Virus record (IMG/VR): IMGVR_UViG_3300029288_000066
Coordinates: 32,001-96,000 of that record
DNA: 64,000 nt
Direction: 5' to 3' (one strand)
Source of the DNA: a virus
Taxonomy: Duplodnaviria > Caudoviricetes
In this document: in pieces, positions 52,343 to 61,457 of the stretch
Numbering within the stretch: the stretch's first letter is position 1
Layout of the letters: each line of letters opens with the position of its first letter
Translations under genes and position numbers: made by a program
The notes under the pieces: generated by a model
Database searches by the model: none
What the model was told of the DNA's origin: nothing
The model's input: the letters and a program-made list of their open reading frames with translations, nothing else

Positions 52343-52375
52343 AAAGCCCTCTCTCCTTTAGGTTTGAGGGTTTTT
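52343..52375 (+). terminator. Terminator hairpin after tmRNA, abutting the convergent HNH stop
   Basis: AAAGCCCTC...GAGGGTTTTT. Confidence 0.6.
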
Positions 52376-53132
52376 ACATCTTATTCCTTTTGGTTATACA
52401 GTTATCAAAAGCATCTAAAGGTTGAAAATTTGTGTAATGATTTAGTCTATATATTTCTTCTTCTTCTGTTTTTGCAGATGATATTGGAATTATATGGTCT
52501 AGTTGCCAGAATTTATTCTTTATCATTTTTTCATTTTTAAATCTTCCAACGTTATTCCAACACATCCAAGGCTCAAATTTGCTTTCCAAATACAATTTAA
52601 ACTCCTCAAAAGAACATCCAAGTATTTGTTCAGTCTTTGTGTTTTTTTTAAAACCACTTGTTCTTAACGAGCTACTTATTAAGCTTCTAATGTTGCCGCT
52701 CAATTTATATAGCGGGTCTTCATTTCTCTTCCGCTTGTTAAAACTATTAAGGTAAGATGGGTTCTTTATTTTCCACAACTTATCATATTCTTTTTTATAT
52801 TCTGGATGAGTTATTTTAAACTTTATTGTTCTTTGTTTTATTTTATCTCTGTTCTTTTCTCTTGATGCTTTTGCTTTCTTTTTAGAACATAATATGCAAA
52901 AACAATGAAGCCCATCTTTCTTAGATTTGCTTTTCCAAAATTCTTCAATTGGGCTTTCTACTTTACAACAGGGGCATATTTTAAATCCACGTTTTGCTTT
53001 TTTTCTAATTAAACCACCTTCTCCTTTACATTTCTTACATACAGATGCATATCCGTCTTTTTTAGTTCTATTTCTATAAAACCATTTAACATCTTTTTCA
53101 ACACAGCAACATTTACAAAATTTTGTTTCCAT
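52374..53132 (-). CDS. HNH-type homing endonuclease with two zinc fingers
   Basis: CKCC..K....F...KDG....CK.C x2; TEQILGCS; WQLDHIIP; HYTNFQPL. Confidence 0.78.
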   Translation of the reverse strand: METKFCKCCCVEKDVKWFYRNRTKKDGYASVCKKCKGEGGLIRKKAKRGFKICPCCKVESPIEEFWKSKSKKDGLHCFCILCSKKKAKASREKNRDKIKQRTIKFKITHPEYKKEYDKLWKIKNPSYLNSFNKRKRNEDPLYKLSGNIRSLISSSLRTSGFKKNTKTEQILGCSFEEFKLYLESKFEPWMCWNNVGRFKNEKMIKNKFWQLDHIIPISSAKTEEEEIYRLNHYTNFQPLDAFDNCITKRNKM

Positions 53133-53134
53133 TT

Positions 53135-53485
53135 TTAGTCTGTTATAAAACACCTTATTTCATTTGGCAAATTAGAACCCTGCAGGTACAAATATATTTT
53201 TTTATACTTATTCTCTTCAATAAAATCAATAAAGGTAAATTTTTTAGAAAATCTAAAGGCTTGAGTTAAATCGGGGCAATTAACAATGTGAATATTATAT
53301 CCAAACAACTTTATAAGCTCTTCTATCTGTGATTCTATCAGAATAATCTTTTTAGCTTTCACATCTTCACCTATGAAAAAATGAATTTTGTTTGACATAT
53401 CAGTTTTTTCATGCTCACATATTTCCTGAAATTCTCTCTTTAGTTCAGAGTCAATCCTTATTGTGATATTTTCTTCTTTTTTCAT
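53135..53485 (-). CDS. RHH (RelB/CopG-like) protein coupled to the HNH gene
   Basis: NITIRIDSELKREFQEICEHEKTDMSNKI; TATTTATG at 53528. Confidence 0.7.
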   Translation of the reverse strand: MKKEENITIRIDSELKREFQEICEHEKTDMSNKIHFFIGEDVKAKKIILIESQIEELIKLFGYNIHIVNCPDLTQAFRFSKKFTFIDFIEENKYKKIYLYLQGSNLPNEIRCFITD

Positions 53486-53599
53486 AATTTATGTTTTAAT
53501 TGTTACAATGTTATAACAATGTTTATACATAAATATATAAAAAAAAATTAAAAAATCAAAATTTTAAAAATATTACAGCAAGAACTTCTATAACCCTGT

Positions 53600-53625
53600 A
53601 ACCTTTTTACTTTTTTATCGTAATA
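53600..53625 (+). promoter_or_regulatory. ECF-type promoter AAC-N16-CGTAATA
   Basis: Upstream of the RpoD-like sigma gene. Confidence 0.6.
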
Positions 53626-53664
53626 GTTAAAAAACCTAACCTAACACGAATTAAACTACCGCCT

Positions 53665-54564
53665 ATGAGAGCTCTGAAAATTTCCCAACAGATTACAAAA
53701 AGACAGTCAGAATCATTTCAAAGATATTTAAATGAGATTGCAAGAATAAGCAAAGCAAAGACGCTGACAGGAGAAGAAGAAGTAGAACTAGCAGAAAGAA
53801 TTAAACTCGGAGACAAAAAAGCAGAAACTGAATTAATAGAAAGAAACTTAAGATTTGTTGTAAGTGTAGCAAAACAATACCAAAACGAATTTTGCCCACT
53901 AGAAGATTTGGTAAGTGAAGGCAACATAGGACTTATAAAAGCAGCTAAAAAATTCGACCCAGCAAGAGGATTTAAGTTCATATCATACGCTGTGTGGTGG
54001 ATTAGACAGTCAATTTTGTGTTATTTAAGCGATTGTTCAAGAACAATAAGAATTCCTCTCAATAAAATAAATCAAATAAATAAAATTAAAAAAATTCAAG
54101 AGTCATTTGAGCAAGAATATAGCAGAAAGCCAACCACGGATGAAATTGTTGACATTTTGGACTACGAGATTGATTCGGAAGAGTTAGAAAGGTTATTTTC
54201 AATTGACGGTGGTCTTCAATCATTAAACGCTGAGATTGTAAGTAATAAATCAAAAAAAACCGATGGTAGTGGAACAACTCTTGAGGGTCTATTGATTGAT
54301 TACACTGCCAGAAATACAGATGAAAATTTGGAGGACGAAGATTTAAAAAGAATCGTTAAGGAAATATTGAGTAAAATGCCTTATAAGCATAGAACTGTCA
54401 TTGAATTGTATTATGGATTAACTGGACAAGAGCCTAAAACCCTTGATGAAATTGGGAGGCACCTTGATTTGACCAGGGAAAGAATCAGGCAAGTTAAAAA
54501 TGCTGCGATAAGATATTTGGGAAATTCGAAAAACACCAAACTTATGAGTCCATATATGAAATAA
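53665..54564 (+). CDS. RpoD/SigA-like sigma-70 factor (Bacteroidota type, no region 1.1)
   Basis: MRALKISQQIT.R..ESF..YL.EI; NLRFVVSVAKQY; GFKFISYAVWWIRQSI; LTRERIRQ. Confidence 0.93.
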   Translation: MRALKISQQITKRQSESFQRYLNEIARISKAKTLTGEEEVELAERIKLGDKKAETELIERNLRFVVSVAKQYQNEFCPLEDLVSEGNIGLIKAAKKFDPARGFKFISYAVWWIRQSILCYLSDCSRTIRIPLNKINQINKIKKIQESFEQEYSRKPTTDEIVDILDYEIDSEELERLFSIDGGLQSLNAEIVSNKSKKTDGSGTTLEGLLIDYTARNTDENLEDEDLKRIVKEILSKMPYKHRTVIELYYGLTGQEPKTLDEIGRHLDLTRERIRQVKNAAIRYLGNSKNTKLMSPYMK

Positions 54565-54585
54565 TAGAAATATATTAAAAAAAGT

Positions 54586-54617
54586 AAAGCCAAGTTTTTT
54601 TAAGACTTGGCTTTTTT
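54586..54617 (+). terminator. Intrinsic terminator
   Basis: AAAGCCAAGTTTT...AAGACTTGGCTTTTTT. Confidence 0.8.
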
Positions 54618-54650
54618 GTTTATCTTTCCTATATTTAAAATAAAAATTAT

Positions 54651-55352
54651 ATGGAAAAAGACGTTTTTAAAAATTTGCTAACCGATTTATATAACATTTA
54701 CAACCCAGCCAATATTCAATACGTTGAGGATTTGGTTGAAAGTTATAACAGACAAGAGTTCGATGCTCTGAAAAACATTTTTATTAAATACAACAGAAAG
54801 TCTGCTCCCTATTACGACCCAGAAATTGGAACCGATAAATACGTGCTGGATTTAATTAAAGAATACAACTCAGGACTGAGAAGCTTGGAAAACGTAGACC
54901 TGAAAGAAAAACATCAAGAAAAAACAGAAATTCTTGAACAAAAAACAAAAGAGGATGAAACCAAAAAGATTGAAAACCTTCAAAATGAAGTAAAGGAAAA
55001 AGTCACTGGAGAAGTAGATAAAAAACTTGAAGCTATTGCGAAAACTTTCTCTGACAAAGAAGATGCTTTTAAAAAACAATTAGAGACGATTTACAGCGAC
55101 TTTGAAAAAAAGATGGGAACACTTAAAGAAAGCAACGATGATGTCACCATTCGAATCTTTTCCACGTATTCTAACTCAGAACTAGACCTGCCTAACAAAA
55201 AAATAATAGCTGGACTTGGAAAGGGCTCCAGGTTAATCATAAAAGACAAGGGGGGGAAAACTATCGGATTAGAAATTGTTGATATAACTTATGATGGTGT
55301 TTCTGAATTAAGCGGAAAACCCCTTGTGGAAATATTTGTAGAGAAGGTTTAA
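54651..55352 (+). CDS. Hypothetical protein with central coiled coil
   Basis: 233-aa ORF; TATTTAAA upstream. Confidence 0.6.
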   Translation: MEKDVFKNLLTDLYNIYNPANIQYVEDLVESYNRQEFDALKNIFIKYNRKSAPYYDPEIGTDKYVLDLIKEYNSGLRSLENVDLKEKHQEKTEILEQKTKEDETKKIENLQNEVKEKVTGEVDKKLEAIAKTFSDKEDAFKKQLETIYSDFEKKMGTLKESNDDVTIRIFSTYSNSELDLPNKKIIAGLGKGSRLIIKDKGGKTIGLEIVDITYDGVSELSGKPLVEIFVEKV

Positions 55353-55746
55353 TTCTTGTTTTTCAATCTTTCTTTTAACAATCTATCTTTACACCTTCCT
55401 TGGTAAAACCCTGTTGTGCCCTGCTTAAGAAAGCAAGCTCCTCCCAACTTCTTTTCTATTTTATTCATTAATTCATGAACGTCTTTCCATTCCTCATTGA
55501 CCCTAAACAAAATCAACCCATCTTCAGTACAATAATTAATGATTTCATTTCCCAGGTCTGCAATAAGCAAAACTCCGTCTAAAAAAACATCACTTGTTGG
55601 GGCTATATATCCAATTAACAAAGTATCGCTATGTAACGAATCTTTTTTTTGAGCAACAGCCACAGTGCTTAAAAAAAACAAAAAAATAATAAAGAGTTTT
55701 CTCATTTTTGTCTTTATTATAAATAGTGTTTTTTTTAATCTTTATG

Positions 55747-56226
55747 TCAGCTGTTTTTTAGTTCGTCACGCAGTTTTGTTAAAACTTTTCCAAGAAGATT
55801 CTGCCCTGGCCAATCTTTGGAGTCTGTCTTCTTCGCATCATCCTCATTCAATCCGATGCCCCAAATTCGGTCAAATGGTGATGCTTCACAGATTTTTTTA
55901 TCCCCAGTAGCAAGCAAAACCTTTTTAAGAACCTCGTTCTGTGTAAACTTTGCTTTGCACCCAACGGTCATAACATCAAACTTAACCTTATCCCAAAGAG
56001 TTGAATTGAATGGTGTCACTTGTTTTCCCAGCTTCTTTATTTCATGAGGGTCAGAAATTTTCATAATTTTATCTGCCGTTGTAAAATCAGCCATTAATGT
56101 GGCCTTAGCCCACATCATATACTGTTCAGAGTTTTCAAACTTTTGTCCATCCACTTCAAACTTTGCTGGATGCCAGTTGGAAAACGGAGAATTTGATTTC
56201 CAAAAAAATTCGTATTTATTTTCCAT
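55747..56226 (-). CDS. NADAR (YbiA) family hydrolase
   Basis: FSNW, SEQYMM..KA, KFTQN, EASPFDRIWGIG, GQNLLGKVL. Confidence 0.93.
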   Translation of the reverse strand: MENKYEFFWKSNSPFSNWHPAKFEVDGQKFENSEQYMMWAKATLMADFTTADKIMKISDPHEIKKLGKQVTPFNSTLWDKVKFDVMTVGCKAKFTQNEVLKKVLLATGDKKICEASPFDRIWGIGLNEDDAKKTDSKDWPGQNLLGKVLTKLRDELKNS

Positions 56227-56240
56227 TTCTTTTTATTTTT

Positions 56241-56978
56241 TTAATCGTGTAATTCATACGACGGTGGCTCTATTATAGATTTCATATCTTCCATCCTTTT
56301 ATACTTATAACTTCTACTCGCATCACCACCATCATCAATAAGACTAAGATATTCAGAAATTTTCTTGGCATATATTTCACCGTCAATATATGCAACGTTT
56401 CTTCGTTGAGTTATCATAGGCGCATCAGGAGACTCATCTTCAAAATAAATCACATATTCTCTCTTCATCTTTTCGTTCATACTTTCGACTATCCCTGGTC
56501 TAACCCCATTATTCCAAGCCTTCTCTGGCTTCATTATGTATTCGCTGGCGGAACCTTCCTGTATTTTCTCCATTGCTCTAACCATAGAGGATGAAACATG
56601 CTCATATCTTCTGTCGCATGGAATGAACACCATCTTAATTCTTGGGTCCTGGTCTTCCATTACCCTGAGCTGGTTTACTTCAAAGTCAAGGTCGGCACCG
56701 TTTCTTAATCCCCTCACGACTGTAACGTCATATCCTTCCTCCACCTTCTTATTGACATAATCAACAAGAAATCCTTTAAATTCTTCTACTTTTTTATTGG
56801 GGGGCAATTGACGTTTCAGCGTTTCTAATCTGCTGATTTTTTCGTCAACTTTCTTTTCTGGGTTAACGCCTATGGCTATTATAACCTCGTCAAAGATTGC
56901 TTCAGCCTTTTCCAAAATTGACAGATGCCCAATTGTCATTGGGTTGAAGCTTCCTGGATATATTGCTAATCTCTTCAT
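56241..56978 (-). CDS. coaD: Phosphopantetheine adenylyltransferase with C-terminal extension
   Basis: AIYPGSFNPMTIGH, VRGLRNGADLDFE, VSSSMVR. Confidence 0.9.
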   Translation of the reverse strand: MKRLAIYPGSFNPMTIGHLSILEKAEAIFDEVIIAIGVNPEKKVDEKISRLETLKRQLPPNKKVEEFKGFLVDYVNKKVEEGYDVTVVRGLRNGADLDFEVNQLRVMEDQDPRIKMVFIPCDRRYEHVSSSMVRAMEKIQEGSASEYIMKPEKAWNNGVRPGIVESMNEKMKREYVIYFEDESPDAPMITQRRNVAYIDGEIYAKKISEYLSLIDDGGDASRSYKYKRMEDMKSIIEPPSYELHD

Positions 56979-56992
56979 GGTGTTTTTTTCTT

Positions 56993-57018
56993 TTATACGA
57001 AAAAATTCAAAATAAGTT
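56993..57018 (-). promoter_or_regulatory. ECF-type promoter AAAC-N16-CGTATAA
   Basis: Exact spacing. Confidence 0.7.
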
Positions 57019-57059
57019 TTTTTCTACATATTTATGTAATACAATAATACAAAAAAAAT

Positions 57060-57917
57060 ATGAAAAAACAAAATTCAGACCTTATTAAATTTGCAAAAGA
57101 ATTTGCATATGCCTATAGTCCACACACAAACAGAATAGATAAATTGACTTTGTTCGACTATCAAAAGAAAATGCTAGAGTCACTTGAGAAGAATAAATTC
57201 ACTATCATTAAACATAGCAGACAAGTTGGAGTTGATACAGCCGTGGCCATAGATATTGCTCATTTTGTTGTGAAAAATGGCAACAAAAGAGCTCTTGTCA
57301 TTTCTACTAATGCAGACTGTGCTATACATTTTTTGGAAAAAATAAAAACAATTCTTTATCATGCAAATGAAACTCCTGTTATAAACAACAAGAAAAGTGT
57401 TGAATTAAAAAACAACAGCAAAATAACAGTAACTGGATACGACCCATGTTCCACAAAGGGGTTTAATTGTGATTTAATTTATATAAACAATTTCGAATGG
57501 TTAAATGACCCACAACAGGTTTTTTTAACATCAACCATGTTGTTAAAAAGTAGCGTTGGTAGACTTATAATATCATCTACTCCCCAATATAAAGAAGACT
57601 TCTTTTATAGATTGTGGACTAATTCAGCAAAAAAAATAAACGATTTTAAACAAATAAATGTTACATGGAAGCAATGTCCATATTTTGATGCTGCCTGGTA
57701 TGAAAAAATGTGCAAAATGTATAATCACGACCCAGACAAAATAGCAACAGAAATAGAAGGAAAATTTATAGACAAAAAAGAGAAGAAGAAAAAAGTAGCA
57801 ATTAATATAAGATTAGACAAACAAAAGAAGGAGAAAATTCTAATCAAAATGAAACAAAAAAACATAAGCTCCATAACGGATTACATCATGGAGCTTATTG
57901 ATAGGGATTTAGGATAA
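57060..57917 (+). CDS. Degenerate terminase-large-subunit ATPase domain fused to C-terminal RHH
   Basis: LFDYQK, KHSRQVGVDT, LKNNSKI, LIYINNF, ISSTP; tail AINIRLDKQKKEKI...SITDYIMELIDRDL. Confidence 0.7.
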   Translation: MKKQNSDLIKFAKEFAYAYSPHTNRIDKLTLFDYQKKMLESLEKNKFTIIKHSRQVGVDTAVAIDIAHFVVKNGNKRALVISTNADCAIHFLEKIKTILYHANETPVINNKKSVELKNNSKITVTGYDPCSTKGFNCDLIYINNFEWLNDPQQVFLTSTMLLKSSVGRLIISSTPQYKEDFFYRLWTNSAKKINDFKQINVTWKQCPYFDAAWYEKMCKMYNHDPDKIATEIEGKFIDKKEKKKKVAINIRLDKQKKEKILIKMKQKNISSITDYIMELIDRDLG

Positions 57918-57918
57918 A

Positions 57919-58632
57919 TTATTTTTTCTTCTTTTCAAGAATGTTATCAATCAAATGATATTCTTTTGCTTCAACAGCGCTCATCCAGCAATCACGGTCT
58001 GAATCTTTTTCAACCTTTTTAAATGGTTGTTTTGAATGGAGGGCAATAATGTCATAAAGTTCTTTCTTCATCTTGTTAATTTCTGCCGCTGCAATCTCTA
58101 TATCAGAAGCCTGCCCATAAGCTCCGCCCATTGGCTGATGAATTAATGTTCTTGAGTGTTTTAATGCACTTCTGTGTCCTTCAGCGCCAGCACATAGCAG
58201 AACAGCTGCCATTGATGCTGCTATCCCAGTATTCACCGTTACAATTCTTGGAGCAACATATTGCATTAAATCATAAATACCAAGTCCTGCATATACCGAG
58301 CCGCCTGGAGAATTTAGATATATATTAATGTCCGCATCTTTGTCTACTGATTCTAAAAACAGCAATTGGGCATTAACAATGTTGGCAATCATATCGTCGA
58401 TAGGAAGACCAAGAAAAATGATTCTGTCAGCCATAAGCCTCGAAAATACGTCCATCGAAATTGCATTCATTTTTCTCTCCTCAATAATGTTGGGGGTCAT
58501 TGCAACAGGTCCTGCCGCATTAACTCCAAGAGTAGTTCTCTTGTTTATTGCAGAATGATAGTTGTGTAAAGTCATGCTACTAATTCCCCTATGCCCCATG
58601 GCATATTTTTCAAATTCACTTCTGTTCTTCAT
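57919..58632 (-). CDS. clpP: Clp protease proteolytic subunit
   Basis: MDVFSRLMADRIIFLG, YLNSPGGSV, AASMAA, IHQP, DSDRD. Confidence 0.95.
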   Translation of the reverse strand: MKNRSEFEKYAMGHRGISSMTLHNYHSAINKRTTLGVNAAGPVAMTPNIIEERKMNAISMDVFSRLMADRIIFLGLPIDDMIANIVNAQLLFLESVDKDADINIYLNSPGGSVYAGLGIYDLMQYVAPRIVTVNTGIAASMAAVLLCAGAEGHRSALKHSRTLIHQPMGGAYGQASDIEIAAAEINKMKKELYDIIALHSKQPFKKVEKDSDRDCWMSAVEAKEYHLIDNILEKKKK

Positions 58633-58664
58633 GTTAGATTTATTTTTAGTTGGTTATTTTAATT

Positions 58665-59672
58665 TTACAATCCCATTTCTTCTTGAATGATTAATTCGTT
58701 CCCTATGTTGTTTAAATCTTTAGTTTTTAAAGAAACTCTTTCTAGGTCTTCTGTGAATTCCTCTTTTAAAACTTTCGCCTGCACCCTTAATCTCTCTTGG
58801 TTTTCATATTTTTTAACCAAAGATAGTTTTTTGTTTAAATCTGAATCAATAGCTTTCTTTATTGCACCCAATTTTGTGTTTGAATCTCTCATTTCTTTGA
58901 ATACCTTCTTTGTTTCTTCTAAGCTGTGATGGTAAAGATATATGTTGGGAAAAACTTCTGCAACTTTCTCTAGTTTTTGATATTCACAATGAGGATAAAG
59001 CGGCGGATAAGCCGTTGCTGTTGATTCGTGGAAAATAAAAACATTCTCTGGTGATTTAGCTATAGATTCGTATAGTGCTGGATTCGTTTCGCTAATTATT
59101 TCAGTAATTGGAACATTGATATCTCCACTATAAATCAGAAATAAATCTTCACCACCCTTTTTGAAATTAAAAACAAACCCCGCAGATGGGAAGTCTTTAT
59201 AATGGTGACTTGTCGTTTCTACTTTATGAATTATCATATTCAAATTGTCATATAAAACACCAGGATTCGAATTGATTTCATAACTATCTTCGCTGTGACC
59301 ACAAACATCTCTCAGGTATTTTTCAAGATTCGGCTTTAAAGAAGGAATACATTCTATTTTCACAGGTTTCTTTTGTACAAAATATTTGTGATAAACAAGA
59401 GTGGACAAACTTCCTATATGGTCTTCGTGACAATGGGTGATGAACACACAATCAATGCCATCAACTAAATCTTTTTCTCTCAGCTCCGTATATACCGTGG
59501 AACCACAATCAACCAAAATGGTTCCCACAGCCGTTCTTATAATGGCACTTGAATTCTTTTCTTTTAAATCAAAAGCGCCGCCCGTTCCCAAAAAGCTTAT
59601 TTCAACTATTGGAGATTTTCCTGTATTCCTAAGTAAAGAATTTATTTTCGATTTTAATATAAACTTTGCCAT
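58665..59672 (-). CDS. MBL-fold hydrolase (RNase Z/BN-like)
   Basis: FLGTGGA, LVDCG, THCHEDH, YSGD, HEST, LYH. Confidence 0.8.
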   Translation of the reverse strand: MAKFILKSKINSLLRNTGKSPIVEISFLGTGGAFDLKEKNSSAIIRTAVGTILVDCGSTVYTELREKDLVDGIDCVFITHCHEDHIGSLSTLVYHKYFVQKKPVKIECIPSLKPNLEKYLRDVCGHSEDSYEINSNPGVLYDNLNMIIHKVETTSHHYKDFPSAGFVFNFKKGGEDLFLIYSGDINVPITEIISETNPALYESIAKSPENVFIFHESTATAYPPLYPHCEYQKLEKVAEVFPNIYLYHHSLEETKKVFKEMRDSNTKLGAIKKAIDSDLNKKLSLVKKYENQERLRVQAKVLKEEFTEDLERVSLKTKDLNNIGNELIIQEEMGL

Positions 59673-59689
59673 TACACCTTTTTCTTATA

Positions 59690-59715
59690 TTATACGAAAA
59701 AATATGTTTTTTGTT
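59690..59715 (-). promoter_or_regulatory. ECF-type promoter AAAC-N16-CGTATAA
   Basis: Exact spacing. Confidence 0.7.
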
Positions 59716-60666
59716 TTATATTTTATCTAGGTTTAGTAATGTTTTCTTAATCGTAGTCTTGGTTAACTCTTTTGCCTTTTTTATTTCTAAAGTTTTAAGC
59801 AATTTGTTTAAAGTAAGGTCGCAGTACTCATCAATCCAATCTCCAACATAATACAACTTTCTGCTCCCAGCAATCAGTCCAAATAAAATTGGGTCTTTTG
59901 CCTTTTCCTTTTGAGCTTTGGTCAATTCTGTTGAGTCTCCAATTTTGTCAAAATGTAACACAACATAGTTATCAAACGCTCCATGCTCATCAAGTTTGTT
60001 CTTTATTTCCACCACTTCGGAAGGAATAATACGAACAAAATTCCTCAAATAAGTCAATTTTAAAACTTTACCTGGAACTTTTGAGAGTTCGAAAAATTTT
60101 ACAACATCCTCCTCGTCAACATATTTTATTTTATCCAATTTTAATAAATGCAATTGTCTTAGAATGACGTTTCTTTTCGAAGCCAGAATTTCTACCAATG
60201 CTGTTTGATTGTTTTCCGATGCTGTTTTTATTGCATCTATGTAAAATTCCACAGACTCTGGTTTAACATCAAGCTCTTTAATAGAGTCATGAATGTTTTT
60301 GAAGAACAAATCTATATCTTGATATTTTACGGCTCCTGCTTTAATTTTGTTTGGATTCCCAGACGTTATTAACTTAACAAATTTAAGTTTTGCCCAATTA
60401 ATTATGGTGCGATTCTGAGAATATACATAATCTGCATATGCACGCAATGTTACATCTTCACCTCTCACATTCGTAGAAGAAGATTGTAAAAAACCTCTCA
60501 ATGTTTCTCCGCCCATATTAACGGTAGAAGGCATGAACAACCTGCCATCTGGAAGAGTAACTATGTTGCTACCTTCAACATTATTTGAGTCCTCAGTGTT
60601 TTTTTTCTTTAAGCCTTTATCAATCCAGAAACTTTCAAAAATTTCTAATCTACCTTGGTTTATCAT
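59716..60666 (-). CDS. Conserved phage hypothetical protein (DPIL family)
   Basis: NFVRIIP; FDNYVVLH; KDPILFG...LYYVGDWIDEYCDLT. Confidence 0.65.
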   Translation of the reverse strand: MINQGRLEIFESFWIDKGLKKKNTEDSNNVEGSNIVTLPDGRLFMPSTVNMGGETLRGFLQSSSTNVRGEDVTLRAYADYVYSQNRTIINWAKLKFVKLITSGNPNKIKAGAVKYQDIDLFFKNIHDSIKELDVKPESVEFYIDAIKTASENNQTALVEILASKRNVILRQLHLLKLDKIKYVDEEDVVKFFELSKVPGKVLKLTYLRNFVRIIPSEVVEIKNKLDEHGAFDNYVVLHFDKIGDSTELTKAQKEKAKDPILFGLIAGSRKLYYVGDWIDEYCDLTLNKLLKTLEIKKAKELTKTTIKKTLLNLDKI

Positions 60667-60950
60667 AATTTACTTTTTAATTTATATTATTACCAATCTG
60701 AACCATGAAAACTAATGTCACAAAAACACGTAGATTTCATTAGTCTTCTTTTAAATTCTTCTTTAGTGATTTTCTCTTCGTGAAAAGAAAACTGATAGTT
60801 TTTTCTATCCCATCCGTCTGGGTCAAATATTTTCAACTTATATTTTTTTGGCACTAATTCATACCACTCCTGAGAGTTCTTTAGTTCAGCGTCTTTTTCT
60901 TCCATTGTTTTTAATTTATACGCAAATGTACAAAAAAGTTTTTTAATATC

Positions 60951-61457
60951 CTAACAATTTCTTCCACAATTTTGATACATTCTCCAAACAGCATAATTTC
61001 TTTCGAGATAAATCGGTGTCGGCATCCCCAACGTTAAATGAAGCCCCCACTTTCCATCTCTGGAATAGCCCATTTGCTCTCTCAGGTCTTTTAATTCATC
61101 ACATCTCACCCTAAACCATACATGCTTACCATTTGTCCTGGGAGACATCTCATAAATGAATTTAATATCTTTGTTGTGATATAATCCTTTAAATTTTTCC
61201 CAATTGTCTTTATCGGTTTCTTCTCCATTAATTACGCTAATGTGAGAACCAAATGCTGGGCGCTGCAGCTTTATTCCATGCTGCCTTTCATAGAACCATG
61301 AATAATATGCACCAAATTCGTTGTCTGCCCCTAAAGAAACAATAACCCACCAGGGTTTGAACATTTTACCCGATGGGTCGCATATGGCTTTGGGGTCAAA
61401 TACAATCTTCCCCTGATATTCTACCAATTGTTCATTTTCAAAATCAAGGCTGTACAT
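60951..61457 (-). CDS. 2H phosphoesterase-like protein
   Basis: Two Hx(S/T)h motifs: SHISV and LHLTL. Confidence 0.65.
   Translation of the reverse strand: MYSLDFENEQLVEYQGKIVFDPKAICDPSGKMFKPWWVIVSLGADNEFGAYYSWFYERQHGIKLQRPAFGSHISVINGEETDKDNWEKFKGLYHNKDIKFIYEMSPRTNGKHVWFRVRCDELKDLREQMGYSRDGKWGLHLTLGMPTPIYLERNYAVWRMYQNCGRNC

Larger units (their letters stand above)
52100..52375 (+). ncRNA. ssrA: Circularly permuted (two-piece) tmRNA
   Basis: T-arm ATGGG-TTCAAAT-CCCAT plus ATACTCC-A (52143-52167) precedes GGGGTAT (52188), giving a 7-bp acceptor stem with G3:U70; TATCAAAT/ATTTGATA helix 2; tag ORF GENF...TLAA*. Confidence 0.88.

Noticed and set aside
57060-57917. Functional packaging terminase, or one half of an intron/intein-split terminase
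   Set aside because: Walker motifs are degenerate, there is no adjacent nuclease half, and the downstream gene is a convergent clpP.
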